Below the pieces are notes generated by a model that did not search any database, was not told where the DNA came from, and worked only from the letters and a program-made list of their open reading frames with translations. DNA of 32,000 nt from Mycolicibacterium smegmatis (GTDB lineage Bacteria; Actinomycetota; Actinomycetes; Mycobacteriales; Mycobacteriaceae). Position 1 is the stretch's first letter; each line of letters starts with the position of its first letter. The stretch is taken from NCBI RefSeq assembly GCF_001457595.1, contig NZ_LN831039.1, positions 2,610,001 to 2,642,000 of the forward strand. Direction: 5' to 3'. Below, one piece after another: positions 9,360 to 18,842 of the stretch. Made by a program: the position numbers and the translations under genes.

Positions 9360-11822
9360 GCGCCGCGACCACCACGTGCGCGCGGCCGTGACGGCATACG
9401 TCACGGCCACCCCGACGACCAGTGACGCCAGCACCCCGAGGATGCGGTGGTCGCCGAACAGCGGATAGATCTGGTAATGCGTCAGATACGTGTACAGCGA
9501 TGCCTCGGCCAGCACGCCGAGCACCGCGGCCACCGGTGCGGGGCACCGCAGCGCCGGAACCCAGATCAACAACGCGAACCCGGCCAGCACCATGAGTTCC
9601 CGTTGGCTGTCGCCGAAGTAGCCGTACACCCCGATGGCCAGCACCGCGGTGACCGCCACCCGCTGCCACGTGTGGGTGGCCTTCGCGGCGGCCCACCCGG
9701 CGGCGAAGAACCAGAACGCCAACACCGTGAAGCACGCCTGATCGTGCAGGTCGAACGAGATCAGGTTGTAGCGCAAGGCAAGTCCGGCCGCCAGGAACGC
9801 CGCCGCGAACGCGAACGGCTGTCTGCGCTCCAAACGGTCGGCGGCAGGCAGCCAGCACACGGCGGCCAGTGCCACCAGGATCCACACCAGCACCTCGACG
9901 AACCACAGGCGCCCGGCGGTCATGCTGTCGGGCGGTCCCAGAAACTTGTTGGCCAGAAACAGGTTGGTGACGTGGTAGTGGTCGGTGATCAGCAGCGCGA
10001 TCGCGACCCACACGATCGACGGCACCGCGACACCCGCGATGGTCCGGCGCAGATGCCGCGACCGCTGTTCACGTGGCAGCGGTGTCAGGCAGAACCGCCC
10101 GAAGTTGTAACCCGCCACGGCGAGCAGCACGTGCGCGCCGCCCCACAGTTCGAACAGCTCGGCGTGCGAGCCCACGATCAGCACGATCGCGACTGCCCGC
10201 AGCGCGACGCTGGTCTCCACGGTGGCGCCCCAGCGCCGCCGCGGCGCCGCGCGGCGTTCCAGTTCGGACAGCGGCAGCCGGTGCCATTCGGCGGGCAGTT
10301 GCCCGAGGGCCCGTTCCAGACGCACCGACATCGCCACGTACGACAGCGAGTTGCCGCCGAGGTCGATGAAGCTGGCGTCGGGGTCGATGGAAGCCGGGTC
10401 GAGTTGCAGAACCTCGCCGAACAGCGTCCGCAGGTCGGTCACCTCGCCGGCCGGGACCTCGGTGGTGGTCCGGTCGCTGGCGAGTGCCCGCACCGCGGGA
10501 TAGTCGGGCTTGCCCGAGTGCAGCCGTGGCAGTTCGTCGACGACGGTTGTGCGTACGCCCGAGGCCGGGATACGTGCCGCGGCCGCCACCAGCCGCGTGA
10601 CCTCGGCGGCGGACGCCGGTGCGAGCGCGGCCACGGCGACACCGTCGTCGTCGCCGGTGCACAGGGCGGTGATGTTCTGTTCGGCCAGGCCCGATTCGAG
10701 ACGCTGCAGGTCGATGCGCAACCCGAACAGCTTCACGAACCGGCTGCTGCGGCCCACGATCTCGAACAGGCCGTCGGCGCCGCGGCGCGCGATGTCACCC
10801 GTGCGCAGCGCGTCCAGGGTCGCGCCGAGCGCGAGATCGTCGGGACCGTGCGCGTAGCCGAGCATCACGTTGGGCCCGCGGTAGACCAGTTCCCCGGTGC
10901 CCTCGGGCCAGCCGTCGAGCTGTTCGATGTCGAACCGGCCGCCGGGGATCGGTGTGCCGATGGCCTCGGGGCGGGTCAGCGCCAGCTCGGCGGGCAGGTA
11001 CGCCATGCGGGCGGTGGCCTCGGTGGCGCCGTACATCACCACCAGCTGCCAGCCCTGGCGTTGGCCCAGCTCCGCGAACCGCCGCACGCGCTCGGGCGCC
11101 ATCCGGCCGCCTGCCTGCGTGATGTAGCGCAGATGCGGCAGCGACATGTCGTCGAAGCCGATGCGGTCCAGGAGTTCGAACGTGTGCGGCACGCCTGCGA
11201 AGCTCGTGCCGCGGTGCTCGGTGAACAGCTCCCAGAACGCGTCGTCGAGCACCGAATCCTCGGTGAGGATCAGTGCCGCACCCCGCAGGAGGTGGCTGTT
11301 GAGCACCGAGAGCCCGTAACAGTACGACAGCGGCAGAGTCGTTGCCGCCCGGTCGGTTTCGCGGATGCCGAGATACTCGGCTATCGCGGCGGCGTTGCTG
11401 CGCAGGTTTGTGTGTGACAGCCGCACGAGCTTGGGCGAGCCGGTGCTGCCCGACGTGGACATCAGAAGAGCCAGGTCGTCGTGCAGCCGGTGGGCGGGTC
11501 GGTCGTGACGGTGGCGGATCCCGTCGGCGTCGATCACGGTGTCGGGGGAGTAGGTCTGCGTGATCGCGGTGTGGTCACCACCAGGTGCGACCGGCAGCGC
11601 CACGTGGCCGCCGGCCAGCGCGGCGAGGTAGTGCACGACGGTCGCGATGTCGTTGCTGGTCTCCAGAAGCACCAGACGGCGCCCGGTGCCCAGCCGTGCC
11701 GAAGCGTCGGCCACCTGATCGGCGAGTTCGCGGTAGGTCACGTGCCGTTCGGCTGTGATCAGCGCGGTCCGGTCCCCGTGGGCACGCAGCGCGTCGAGCA
11801 GCGCAGATGAAGCCGCGTGCAT
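9243..11822 (-). CDS. Three-domain protein: AMP-forming adenylating ligase, phosphopantetheine carrier domain, and C-terminal multi-TM acyltransferase-3-like domain
   Basis: LMSTSGSTGSPKLVRLSHTN (A3 core), VVMYGATEATARMAYLP, TGDIARRGADGLFEIVGRSSRFVKLFGLRIDLQ. Carrier motif DASFIDLGGNSLSYVAMSVRLE. Then LRAVAIVLIVGSHAELFELWGG followed by about 9 hydrophobic helices. The track start at 11849 is TTG; ATG at 11822 with GAAAGGA upstream is more likely. Confidence 0.85.
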   Translation of the reverse strand: MHAASSALLDALRAHGDRTALITAERHVTYRELADQVADASARLGTGRRLVLLETSNDIATVVHYLAALAGGHVALPVAPGGDHTAITQTYSPDTVIDADGIRHRHDRPAHRLHDDLALLMSTSGSTGSPKLVRLSHTNLRSNAAAIAEYLGIRETDRAATTLPLSYCYGLSVLNSHLLRGAALILTEDSVLDDAFWELFTEHRGTSFAGVPHTFELLDRIGFDDMSLPHLRYITQAGGRMAPERVRRFAELGQRQGWQLVVMYGATEATARMAYLPAELALTRPEAIGTPIPGGRFDIEQLDGWPEGTGELVYRGPNVMLGYAHGPDDLALGATLDALRTGDIARRGADGLFEIVGRSSRFVKLFGLRIDLQRLESGLAEQNITALCTGDDDGVAVAALAPASAAEVTRLVAAAARIPASGVRTTVVDELPRLHSGKPDYPAVRALASDRTTTEVPAGEVTDLRTLFGEVLQLDPASIDPDASFIDLGGNSLSYVAMSVRLERALGQLPAEWHRLPLSELERRAAPRRRWGATVETSVALRAVAIVLIVGSHAELFELWGGAHVLLAVAGYNFGRFCLTPLPREQRSRHLRRTIAGVAVPSIVWVAIALLITDHYHVTNLFLANKFLGPPDSMTAGRLWFVEVLVWILVALAAVCWLPAADRLERRQPFAFAAAFLAAGLALRYNLISFDLHDQACFTVLAFWFFAAGWAAAKATHTWQRVAVTAVLAIGVYGYFGDSQRELMVLAGFALLIWVPALRCPAPVAAVLGVLAEASLYTYLTHYQIYPLFGDHRILGVLASLVVGVAVTYAVTAARTWWSRRSVRRPLGHQTLLHERGDDAAVELHETRGDDAAATGRGR

Positions 11823-11911
11823 CGGGTCGTGGGGTCCTTTCGCAGGCAAACGGTCTCTAGACCATACCGGCGCTCGCGCGTCGGTGAGCCGCGCCGTTGT
11901 CAGACCGGATG

Positions 11912-14305
11912 TCAGCTCCCGGTGCCAGTGATCCCAGAGACCCCAGTGACCCCGGCCACCCCGGTGCCCTCACTGACATCGAGCGCGGCGCGCACGATGC
12001 TGTCGGTGTCCAGGCCGTGGTAGCGGTACACCTCCTCGAGTGAGCCCACCTGGCCGAACCGTGACACCCCGAGGTTGGTCGCCCGCACCCGCTGGATGTT
12101 CGCCAGGAACGCCAGGGTGTGTGGATGTCCGTCCAGCACGGTCACCAGCGGCAGCGCCCGGTCGGCGGGGAACAGCTGATCGAGGATCCAGGTGTCGGCG
12201 CCGGTGTTCGCAGCGTCGTGACCCTGGCGGGCCTGCCACGCATCGAACAGCAGCCCGGGACTCGTCACGCAGACCACGTCGGCGGGCACGCCCTGCTCGG
12301 TGAGCCGGTCCGCGGCCGCGAGCGCCTCGGGCAGCACCGCGCCCATCGCGGCGATCGTGACGCGCGCGCCTGGGGCGCGGCGCAGCGGGTAGCCGCCCGC
12401 CACCACCTGGCGGCGGCGGCGCTCGCGCGCCGCGGGGTCGGTCGGCACCGCGGCCAGGGACTGATCGACGGGCCGCGTCGAGAGCCGCAGATACGCCGAC
12501 GTGCCGCCGGGGCGGCCCAGCCGGCCCATGCTCGCCAGCAGCGTCCACTCGACGTCGATGGCGAACGCGGGTTCGTAGCTTATGCAGCCGGGTTGTTCGA
12601 TGCCGATCGACGGCGTCTTGATCGACTGGTGCGCGCCGCCCTCGGCGGCCAGCGTGACTCCAGACGGGGTGCCCACGAGGATCGACTGCCCACCGGCGTA
12701 GATGCCGAACGACCACGGCTCCAGCGCGCGTTCGACGAACGGGTCGTACAGCACGCCGATCGGGAAAACTGGCTGGCCCCAACGGCTCCAGGTCGCGCCG
12801 AGCTCACCGAGCAGACCCACCAGGTTGGTCTCGGCGATACCGAGTTCCACGTGCCTGCCGCTGGGGCGTTCGTCCCAGTGCATGATGGTCTCGGCGTCGT
12901 CGGCGAACCAGTTGCGGCGTTCGGTGGCAGACCACACGCCCACCTTGTTCACCCAGCCGCCCAGGTTCGTCGTCGAACTGACGTCCGGGCTCACCGTCAC
13001 CACACGTGCCGCGGCGTCGGGCGCCTCGCGGGACAGGTCCAGCAGCACGCGGCCCAGCGCGGCCTGCGTGGTGGCGGTGCCCTTGGGCGTGCGCCCGATG
13101 TCGCCGGGCACCGCGGGCGGATCGATGGCGGTGATGTCGTCGCGGCTGAGCCGTTGCGCGGCCGCGACGCACAATCGCCCGGCGTCGCTGTCCTGGGCGA
13201 ACCGCTGCCACGGCGCGTTCGGGTCCATACCCAGACGTGTTGCCAGCGCGTCGAACTCGTCGTGCGACAGCAGCGCCGAGTGGTTCTGCGGATGGCCTTC
13301 GGTGGGCAGGCCGTGGCCCTTGACCGTGTAGGCGATGATCACCGTCGGACGGGTGTCGTCGATCTCGCGGTACGCCTGCGTGAGCGTCGCGAGGTCATGG
13401 CCGCCGAGGTTGCGGATCGCGGCGGTGAGCGTCTGGTCGTCGAGATCGGCGATCAGGGAAGCGATCTCGCCGCTGCGCGGGCCGTCACCGGGCAGGCGGG
13501 TGCGGATGTCGCCCGCGGTGCACCGCAGCAGCCGCTGGTACTCGGGATTCGGCATGTCCAGGATGCGTGACCGCAACGCGTCGCCACCCGGCCGGGCGAA
13601 CAGCGACTCCAGCAGCCGCCCGAACTTCACCGTGATCACCTGCCAGCCCGCGGCGTCGAACATCTTCTCCAGACGCCGCGCCGCGATGTTGGGCACCACA
13701 CGGTCCAGGGACTGCCGGTTGAGGTCGACGATCCAGACCACCTCGCCCAACTCGGCGATACCGGGATCCAGGATGGCCTCCCACACCGCGCCCTCGTCGA
13801 GTTCGGCGTCGCCCACCAGCGAGTACTGCCTGCCCGCGCCCGTCGGCCCGTAGTGCGCGTCGACGAACCGCCGCGCCACCGCGCCCCAGATCGGGGCCGT
13901 CGCACCGATACCCACCGATCCGGTGGAGTAGTCGACGGGATCAGGGTCCTTCGACCGGCTCGGATAGGACTGCAGGCCGCCGAACTGCCGCAGCGTCGTC
14001 AGGTACTTCTCGTCGAGCCTGCCCAGCAGGTAGTTCAGGCTGTGCAGCACGGGGGAGGCGTGCGGTTTCACCGAGACCCGGTCACCCGAGCGGAGCTGCT
14101 CGAACCACAGCGCCGTCATGATGGTCACCATCGACGCGCTCGACGCCTGATGGCCGCCGACCTTGAGACCTGAGGTGTTGGGGCGGACCCGGTTGGCGTG
14201 ATGGATCATCGCGGTCGACAACCACAGGACGCGCTGTTCGATCTGTTGCAGCGTGTCCAGTCGTGCGGTGTCGACATCGAGGGTGTGTGCAGCGGTGAGA
14301 GACAT
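11912..14305 (-). CDS. Transketolase-like / homodimeric pyruvate-dehydrogenase-E1-like thiamine diphosphate enzyme
   Basis: STAMIHHANRVRPNTSGLKVGGHQASSASMVTIMTALWF, LVGDAELDEGAVWEAILDPGIAELGEVVWIVDLNRQSLDR (ThDP motif GD...N), C-terminal TK domain. ATG at 14305 chosen over the track extension to 14398. Confidence 0.85.
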   Translation of the reverse strand: MSLTAAHTLDVDTARLDTLQQIEQRVLWLSTAMIHHANRVRPNTSGLKVGGHQASSASMVTIMTALWFEQLRSGDRVSVKPHASPVLHSLNYLLGRLDEKYLTTLRQFGGLQSYPSRSKDPDPVDYSTGSVGIGATAPIWGAVARRFVDAHYGPTGAGRQYSLVGDAELDEGAVWEAILDPGIAELGEVVWIVDLNRQSLDRVVPNIAARRLEKMFDAAGWQVITVKFGRLLESLFARPGGDALRSRILDMPNPEYQRLLRCTAGDIRTRLPGDGPRSGEIASLIADLDDQTLTAAIRNLGGHDLATLTQAYREIDDTRPTVIIAYTVKGHGLPTEGHPQNHSALLSHDEFDALATRLGMDPNAPWQRFAQDSDAGRLCVAAAQRLSRDDITAIDPPAVPGDIGRTPKGTATTQAALGRVLLDLSREAPDAAARVVTVSPDVSSTTNLGGWVNKVGVWSATERRNWFADDAETIMHWDERPSGRHVELGIAETNLVGLLGELGATWSRWGQPVFPIGVLYDPFVERALEPWSFGIYAGGQSILVGTPSGVTLAAEGGAHQSIKTPSIGIEQPGCISYEPAFAIDVEWTLLASMGRLGRPGGTSAYLRLSTRPVDQSLAAVPTDPAARERRRRQVVAGGYPLRRAPGARVTIAAMGAVLPEALAAADRLTEQGVPADVVCVTSPGLLFDAWQARQGHDAANTGADTWILDQLFPADRALPLVTVLDGHPHTLAFLANIQRVRATNLGVSRFGQVGSLEEVYRYHGLDTDSIVRAALDVSEGTGVAGVTGVSGITGTGS

Positions 14306-14439
14306 GGGTCCTGCCTGAGCGACGGTGAGCAGAAAGCTCATTCCAGTCGAGCACTGACCGCCACTCACGGCAACAACGAGTTGGTTCGGCGGGCACAATG
14401 CTCATCAGTGCGCAATTCGACCCTGAGGGAGTGAGCGTT

Positions 14440-14916
14440 ATGCGCAAGACCGATGCCCGCATCGACGACATCGACGCACGGATCCTGCGCGCCCTTTCGG
14501 CCGATCCGCGCGCCACCGTCGTCGGCCTCGCGGAGGCCACCGGCCTGGCGCGCAACACCGTGCACGCGCGGTTGGCCAGGCTGGAGACCGAGGGTGCGCT
14601 GCGGTCGTTCGAGCGGCGCATCGACCCGGCGGCCCTCGGCTTCCCGCTGACCGGCTACATCATGGTCGTGGTCACCCAGCGGAAACTGGCAGGCATCGCC
14701 GAGGCGCTGGCCGAGGTCCCCGAGGTTCTCGAGGTGCACGGGCTCAGCGGCGTCACCGACCTGCTGGTCCACATCGTCGCCCGCGACACCGACGATCTCT
14801 ACCGGGTCGCCGGGCGGATCCTCGACATCGACGGCGTCGAGAAGACCACCACGAGCCTGGTGATGCGCAGCCTGGTCGATTACCGCGTCGGACCGCTGCT
14901 GAACGGACGCGGATGA
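14440..14916 (+). CDS. Lrp/AsnC family transcriptional regulator
   Basis: RIDDIDARILRALSADPRATVVGLAEATGLARNTVHARLARLETEGALRSFERRIDPAALGF, with AsnC ligand-domain pattern. Divergent from the transketolase-like gene. Confidence 0.9.
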   Translation: MRKTDARIDDIDARILRALSADPRATVVGLAEATGLARNTVHARLARLETEGALRSFERRIDPAALGFPLTGYIMVVVTQRKLAGIAEALAEVPEVLEVHGLSGVTDLLVHIVARDTDDLYRVAGRILDIDGVEKTTTSLVMRSLVDYRVGPLLNGRG

Positions 14917-15028
14917 GGGCGGCGGGCGTCGTCGAACCCTGAAGTCGGCCGCGCTCGCAACGGTTGGGGTATCTGCGACGTTCATACCTTCTGGGAGCAG
15001 GCGCGAAGCGACGTGAGGGGGACGCGTA

Positions 15029-16437
15029 GTGACCTCAGCAGGACAGGTGGGTGTGGCCTCGGAGGTGTTGGACCGGCTACCGGTCACCAGATGGCACTGG
15101 AGACTGGTGTTCCTGGTCGGCATCGGGACCTTCTTCGACCTCTACGAGGTGTTCCTCGGCGGTGTGCTCGCACCGGTGATGGCAGCCCAGTACGAGCTGG
15201 GCGATCTGGGGAAGGCGATGGTGATCGCCGCCGGTTTCGCGGGGATGTTCGTGGGGGCGAACATCCTGTCGGTGGCGGCCGACCGGTTCGGGCGACGCCG
15301 CGTGTTCATCCTCAACATGGTGCTCTACGCCGTGTTCTCGCTGGCCTCGGCGTTCGCGCCGGATCCCGAGATCTTCGTGATCCTGCGATTCCTGTCCGGA
15401 ATCGGCCTGGGTGCGGAGTTGTGCTCGTCGACTCCTACCTCGCGGAGATGCTGCCGGCACGGGCGCGAGGACGAATGACGGCATGGGCGTACACGATCGG
15501 ATTCCTCGGGGTGCCCATCGCCGCGCTGCTCGGTGGTCGATTCGTCGCCCGCCACGAGATCCTCGGCATCGACGGTTGGCGGTGGTTGCTGATCCTGGGC
15601 GGCCTCGCCGCGGTGTTCGTGCTCGCGGTCCGCTCGATGCTCCCCGAGTCACCACGCTGGCTGGAGATCCGCGGACGCCACGCCGAGGCGCGCGTGGTGG
15701 TCGAATCCATCGTCGAGGCGGTGGGGGCCGACGTAGGACCGCTCGACGTCATACCGGACGGGCGCGGCGGTGCGAGCCGTCACGGTGAAGACGAGGTGCG
15801 GCGCGTCACCGACGTTCTGCGGATCGCGTTCCGCGACTATCGATCCCGCAGCGTCATGCTGATCATCTTCCAGGTGCTGCAGACCGTGGCGTACTTCGGG
15901 TTCGGCACGCTGGCTCCACTCGTGCTGGTGCACAAAGGGTTTCATGTCACCGAGTCGCTGGCCTACTCGGCGCTGAGCTTCGCGGGTTATCCGCTGGGGT
16001 CCCTCGTGTCGGTGCCCCTGGTGGAACGCTTCGAGCGCAAACACCTGATCATCGCCTCGGCGTTGGCGATCGCGGTGTTCGGTGTGGTTTTCGCCGCGGC
16101 GTCGAGTGTCGCGGTGATCGTGGCCGCCGGTTTCCTGCTCACCGCGGTCTCCAACGTGTTCTGCAACGCCTTCCACATCTATCAGGCCGAGATCTTCCCG
16201 ACGGCGATCCGCAGCACCGCCAGCGGGGCCGCGTACTCGCTGTCGCGTGCGGCCTCAGCCGTGTTGCCCTTCATCGCCGTTCCGCTTCTCACGGCGTTCG
16301 GGCCGGTGGTGGTGTTCGCCGGGTCCGCGGTGCTGATCGTGCTGCTGTGTGTCGACGTGGCCGTGCTCGGCCCGCGCAGTACGGGGCTGGATCTGGAGAC
16401 CGTGCAGCAGCCCGTAGGCGTGGCGCCTTACCGCTAG
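15029..16437 (+). pseudogene. MFS transporter (sugar-porter/metabolite:H+ symporter type) interrupted by a single -1 frameshift at about 15419-15422
   Basis: Frame 2 encodes ...RRRVFILNMVLYAVFSLASAFAPDPEIFVILRFLSGIGLGAEL then CSSTPTSR...stop at 15478. Frame 1 continues from GTG 15421 with VLVDSYLAEMLPARARGRMTAWAYTIGFLGVPIAALLGG... to 16437. One missing base restores GLGAELVLVDSYLAEM. Confidence 0.85.
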
Positions 16438-16557
16438 CCGGTACAGGCCGGTAGTGACAGCACCCTCACAGGTTGGGGGTCTGCGGCGATGTGCGCACCT
16501 TCGGTTCTTCGAAAGGCTTATGCCCACCGAATGAGCCTTGACCAGTGAGGATGCGCC

Positions 16558-17337
16558 ATGAACAACGACCATGCCACCACCCGCCCGTCGATTGTGCGCA
16601 CAGCCTTCGTGGGGGTGACGCTGGCGGCACTCGGCCTCGTGATGGGCGTGGTGGGCCTGCAGGCCGCGGGCACCGCGTCGGCCGCCCCGTCGTCACCGTG
16701 CGCAGATGTCGAGGTGGTCTTCGCGCGCGGCACGTTCGAGGCGCCCGGGGTGGGCGACACCGGCCAGGCGTTCGTCAACGCGCTGGGCGCGCAACTTCCC
16801 GGCAAGAACATCGCGGTGTACGCCGTGAACTACCCGGCGTCCCTTGACTTCAACGACGCCGCCCTGGGAGTGGCCGACGCCGCGCGGGAGGTTCAGGCGG
16901 TGGCTGCCGGTTGCCCGGACACCCAGATCGTGCTCGGCGGGTATTCGCAGGGGGCCGCGGTGGCCGGCTACACCACGAGCGGTGCCGTGCCCGCGGGGTA
17001 CGCGTTGCCCGCGGGCATCACGGGCCCCATGCCGCCCGCCATCGCCCCGCATGTCGCGGCGGTGGTGCTGTTCGGCACCCCGTCCCCGTTCTTCCTCGGG
17101 CTGGTGGACCATTCGGCACCCCCGCTGGTGATCGGGCCGGCCTATGCCGCCAAGACCTTGCAGCTGTGCAACACCGGTGACCCGGTCTGCTATCCGGGCG
17201 GGCTGGACCGGGCGGCCCACAGTGCCTACAAGAGCAACGGAATGGCCGACCAGGCAGCGCAATTCGTCGTCGATCACCTCGGGGCCACGTCGACGGCCAC
17301 ACCGGCCCAGGTGGTGTCGGCCACCACCCATCCCTGA
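16558..17337 (+). CDS. Secreted cutinase family esterase
   Basis: Signal peptide (IVRTAFVGVTLAALGLVMGVVGLQAAGTASAAP), CADVEVVFARGTFEAPGVGDTG, IVLGGYSQGAAVAGYTT (GYSQG nucleophile), CNTGDPVCYPGG and HSAYKSNGM. Confidence 0.95.
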   Translation: MNNDHATTRPSIVRTAFVGVTLAALGLVMGVVGLQAAGTASAAPSSPCADVEVVFARGTFEAPGVGDTGQAFVNALGAQLPGKNIAVYAVNYPASLDFNDAALGVADAAREVQAVAAGCPDTQIVLGGYSQGAAVAGYTTSGAVPAGYALPAGITGPMPPAIAPHVAAVVLFGTPSPFFLGLVDHSAPPLVIGPAYAAKTLQLCNTGDPVCYPGGLDRAAHSAYKSNGMADQAAQFVVDHLGATSTATPAQVVSATTHP

Positions 17338-17350
17338 CCGCCCACCGCTC

Positions 17351-17389
17351 CCCGCGGCAGGCCCGGCGAACATCCGGGGCTGCCGCGGG
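17351..17389. terminator. Candidate bidirectional intrinsic terminator between convergent cutinase and aldo/keto reductase genes
   Basis: CCCGCGGCAGGCCCGG-cgaacat-CCGGGGCTGCCGCGGG: 16-nt arms with 15/16 complementary, 7-nt loop, followed by tcggcatttt on the + strand. Confidence 0.7.
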
Positions 17390-17398
17390 TCGGCATTT

Positions 17399-18253
17399 TC
17401 AGAACGTGGCGTCTGCGGGCAGTTCGATGTCGGCGACGGCGATGTTCTCCTCGAGATGCGCCACCGAGGACGTGCCGGGGATCAGCAGGATGTTGGGCGC
17501 CAGGCTCAGGGTCGCCGCGAGCGCGATCTGCGCAGGCGTGTAACCGAGTTCGCCCGCCAGCTTCTTCACCGTCGGGTTGCCGAGCACCGGGTTGTCGGGC
17601 ACGAATGCCGATCCCAGCGGGAAGAACGGCACGAACGCGATACCGCGTTCGGTACACAGGTCCAGGACGGGCTGCGACGTGCGGTCGGCGATGTTGTAGG
17701 CGTTCTGCACGCACACGATGTCGGTGCGCTGCAACGCGATCTCCAGATGCTCGCAGACGATGTTGCTCAGCCCGATACCGCCGATCAGGCCTTCGTCGCG
17801 CGCGGCGATCATCGCGTCGAGTTGCCGCTCGAACAGTTCGCGATTGACCGCGCGGCCGTCGGGGTCGTCGAACACGCGCAGGTTCACCGCGGCCAACTGG
17901 TCCACTTTCAGTGTGTGCAGGTTGGTCTCGATGTCCTTGCGCAGCTGTTCGGGTTCCTGTGCGGGCAACCAGTTGGCCTGATCGTCACGCGTGCCACCGA
18001 CCTTGCTCACGATGGCCAGATTCTCGGGGTAGGGGTGAAGGGCCTCGTAGATCAGTTCGTTGGCGACGTCGGGCCCGTAGAACTGCGCGGTGTCGATGTG
18101 GTCCACGCCGAGTTCGATCGCGCGCCGCAACACGGCGATCGCCTGGTCGTGGTCGCGCGGTGGCCCGAACACATGGGGGCCCGGCAACTGCATGGCGCCG
18201 AACCCGACGCGATGGACGGTGAAAGATCCGAGGGCGAACGTCGACGCACCCAT
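17399..18253 (-). CDS. Aldo/keto reductase
   Basis: RVGFGAMQLPGPHVFGPPRDHDQAIAVLRRAIELGVDHIDTAQFYGP...IGLSN...PGTSSVAHLEENIA. Confidence 0.92.
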   Translation of the reverse strand: MGASTFALGSFTVHRVGFGAMQLPGPHVFGPPRDHDQAIAVLRRAIELGVDHIDTAQFYGPDVANELIYEALHPYPENLAIVSKVGGTRDDQANWLPAQEPEQLRKDIETNLHTLKVDQLAAVNLRVFDDPDGRAVNRELFERQLDAMIAARDEGLIGGIGLSNIVCEHLEIALQRTDIVCVQNAYNIADRTSQPVLDLCTERGIAFVPFFPLGSAFVPDNPVLGNPTVKKLAGELGYTPAQIALAATLSLAPNILLIPGTSSVAHLEENIAVADIELPADATF

Positions 18254-18288
18254 GTCAACTCCTTTGGTGTCAAACTATATCGCCTCGA

Positions 18289-18318
18289 ACAATATGAGAG
18301 CGAACAAAAGGCTGTCAA
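18289..18318 (-). promoter_or_regulatory. Candidate SigA-type promoter for the aldo/keto reductase gene
   Basis: Minus strand reads TTGACA (18318-18313), an 18-nt spacer, then TATTGT (18294-18289), upstream of ATG 18253. A second -10-like TATAGT lies at 18279-18274. Confidence 0.45.
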
Positions 18319-18338
18319 CGGGTGTGGCCCGAGATGGT

Positions 18339-18770
18339 CTAGATGAGGCTGTCGGCGAGCTTCGACAGCAGCTTGGTCAGAGTGTCCTGTTCTTCGGTCG
18401 ACAGGCTGGCGAACATGCCGTGGGCGGCCTCGGCGTAATCGGTCAGCCAGCGCTTGGCCTGGGCGCTGCCCTGTGCGGTGGTGGTCAGGCGGATAGCGCG
18501 GCGATCATCCGGATCAGGGGCGCGTTCCACGAGGCCTTCGCGTACCAGGGCTTCGACGAGGCTGGATGCCGTGCCCTGCGTGACGCCGACGGCCCGCGCG
18601 AGATCGGCGAGTCGGACCGGCTGCAGGCGCTGCACCTCGGCCAGCAGTTTGGACCGGGGAGTCGACACGCCGTGCTCGCCGAGCTGCTCGTCGAAGGTGC
18701 GCACCACGCATTTGGCGGCGCGGCCGAAGGCGTCGGCAAGCGCCGCTGCGCGTCGCTGATCGGCGTTCAC
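18339..18770 (-). CDS. MarR family transcriptional regulator
   Basis: VRLADLARAVGVTQGTASSLVEALVREGLVERAPDPDDRRAIRLTTTAQG is a canonical MarR winged-helix/wing sequence. Confidence 0.92.
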   Translation of the reverse strand: MNADQRRAAALADAFGRAAKCVVRTFDEQLGEHGVSTPRSKLLAEVQRLQPVRLADLARAVGVTQGTASSLVEALVREGLVERAPDPDDRRAIRLTTTAQGSAQAKRWLTDYAEAAHGMFASLSTEEQDTLTKLLSKLADSLI

Positions 18771-18842
18771 CGAGCACTCCCTTTCGCAAAGTGGATCTCA
18801 GGGTACCAACGAGCGGGAGGCCGGAATCGACAGCCGGTGCGT

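Noticed and set aside
9447-11417. 656-aa plus-strand ORF antisense to the ligase-acyltransferase gene
   Set aside because: Composition (RRR, GQRQR, HQH runs) fits the antisense of a real coding gene; no family motif.
12119-13570. 483-aa plus-strand ORF antisense to the transketolase-like gene
   Set aside because: Shadow ORF of a well-supported gene, with no domain or credible start context.
15422-15478. Programmed ribosomal frameshift as an explanation of the MFS interruption
   Set aside because: No slippery heptamer of the X XXY YYZ type or obvious stimulatory pseudoknot was seen at GAGTTGTGCTCG. Mutation or sequence error is simpler, though not excluded without data.
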